In this document: in pieces, positions 31,266 through 32,000 of the stretch | How the letters are laid out: every line of letters starts with the position of its first letter | Numbering within the stretch: position 1 is the first letter of the stretch | DNA from: Guillardia theta nucleomorph | Taxonomy: Eukaryota; Protista; Cryptophyta | Reading direction: 5' to 3' | DNA: 32,000 nucleotides | Assembly (NCBI GenBank): GCA_000002975.1 | Contig: AF165818.4 | Location: 150,001 to 182,000 of the forward strand | Notes under the pieces: generated by a model | Seen by the model: the letters and a program-made list of their open reading frames with translations, nothing else | Databases searched by the model: none | What the model was told of the DNA's origin: nothing | Translations under genes and position numbers: made by a program

Positions 31266-32000
31266 ATGTCCAGGATTGAAATAACTAATGTTTCCTTAAG
31301 TACTGATTTAAAAACAATAGAACAAATTTTTTCAACTTTTGGAAAAATTACTGAAATAACACACAAAAATAAAAAAAACAGTAAGATTTTTATAGGTTTT
31401 AAATCTTGTAATTCCGCAAATTTTGCCATAAAAACATTCGATAAAAAATTTTTGAATGGCAATCGCGTATACTTAAAAAAAGCAATAGGATACAATAAAA
31501 AATATTTAATTAAAAGAAAAATATCTTTGCTTGAAAATAATATTAATAAAAATTACACTCATGGTTTTCTTAAAATATGTAACTTTTCAATTTTTACTTC
31601 TGATGAAGAAATAAAAAAAGTTATTTCAGCGTTTGGGATGTTTCGAATAATTGAAATTGTTGAACATAATTCATCTAAATTTGGATCAAAATCTGTAATT
31701 GTAGAATTTTTTCTTAAAGAATCTTTGGTTAAATCTCACCTAAGTCTCAATGGTAAAATATTACACGGAAGAATTCTTAAGGTAGAATTATTAAGTTCTA
31801 GATTGAATAATTTCAAATCTATCTCTAAAAATATGTTTTTAAAATACTCAAATACATTAAAAACTCAACTTAAAAACTCAAATAGGTCTTGGATAAGTTT
31901 TTTTTACGACTTTAGAAACAATATTTCTGAATTACACAATAGGATATTTTCAAATAGTATTAGTAAAATTTTAGATAATAATGATACAAAAATCTTAAAT
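31266..32000 (+). CDS. mrd1: Multi-RRM pre-rRNA processing protein Mrd1/RBM19-like, 5' part (runs off the right edge)
   Basis: Not in ORF track. Manual translation MSRIEITNVSLSTDLKTIEQIFSTFGKITEI...IFIGFKS...AIKTFDKKFLNG (RRM1), then GFLKICNF..TSDEEIKKVISAFG...LNGKILHGRILKV (RRM2) and SWISFF. Confidence 0.78.
   Translation, partial: MSRIEITNVSLSTDLKTIEQIFSTFGKITEITHKNKKNSKIFIGFKSCNSANFAIKTFDKKFLNGNRVYLKKAIGYNKKYLIKRKISLLENNINKNYTHGFLKICNFSIFTSDEEIKKVISAFGMFRIIEIVEHNSSKFGSKSVIVEFFLKESLVKSHLSLNGKILHGRILKVELLSSRLNNFKSISKNMFLKYSNTLKTQLKNSNRSWISFFYDFRNNISELHNRIFSNSISKILDNNDTKILN

Overview
Extremely AT-rich, gene-dense eukaryotic DNA with spacers mostly under 50 nt and some overlaps. It mixes cytosolic/nuclear housekeeping genes (rpb5, rpb6, rpc1, proteasome alpha, nip7, rps15, eif6, smc1, snf1, rpl6, hda, TFIIIC tau95, mrd1) with plastid-targeted genes (Rubisco-LSMT-like SET protein, TatA/B, bacterial-type uS15). 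This is the signature of a cryptophyte nucleomorph chromosome, probably Guillardia theta (inference from gene content; no search was run). Features beyond the ORF track: (1) a candidate ~130-nt miniature U3 snoRNA on the minus strand between snf1 and orf714; (2) a TatA/B gene completed only by a +1 frameshift at CCC-TAA; (3) an Lsm4-like gene whose N-terminal helix appears split by a 20-nt non-GT-AG insert; (4) a tRNA-Val(UAC) with a D-loop insertion and a tRNA-Ile(AAU) wedged between two CDSs; (5) orf534, which looks like a P-loop-dead Sey1/RHD3 derivative; (6) a shared 14-15 nt motif in two 23-24 nt divergent spacers; (7) two further structured intergenic regions. Partial genes at both window edges were translated by hand. 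All family calls rest on motif recognition by eye.
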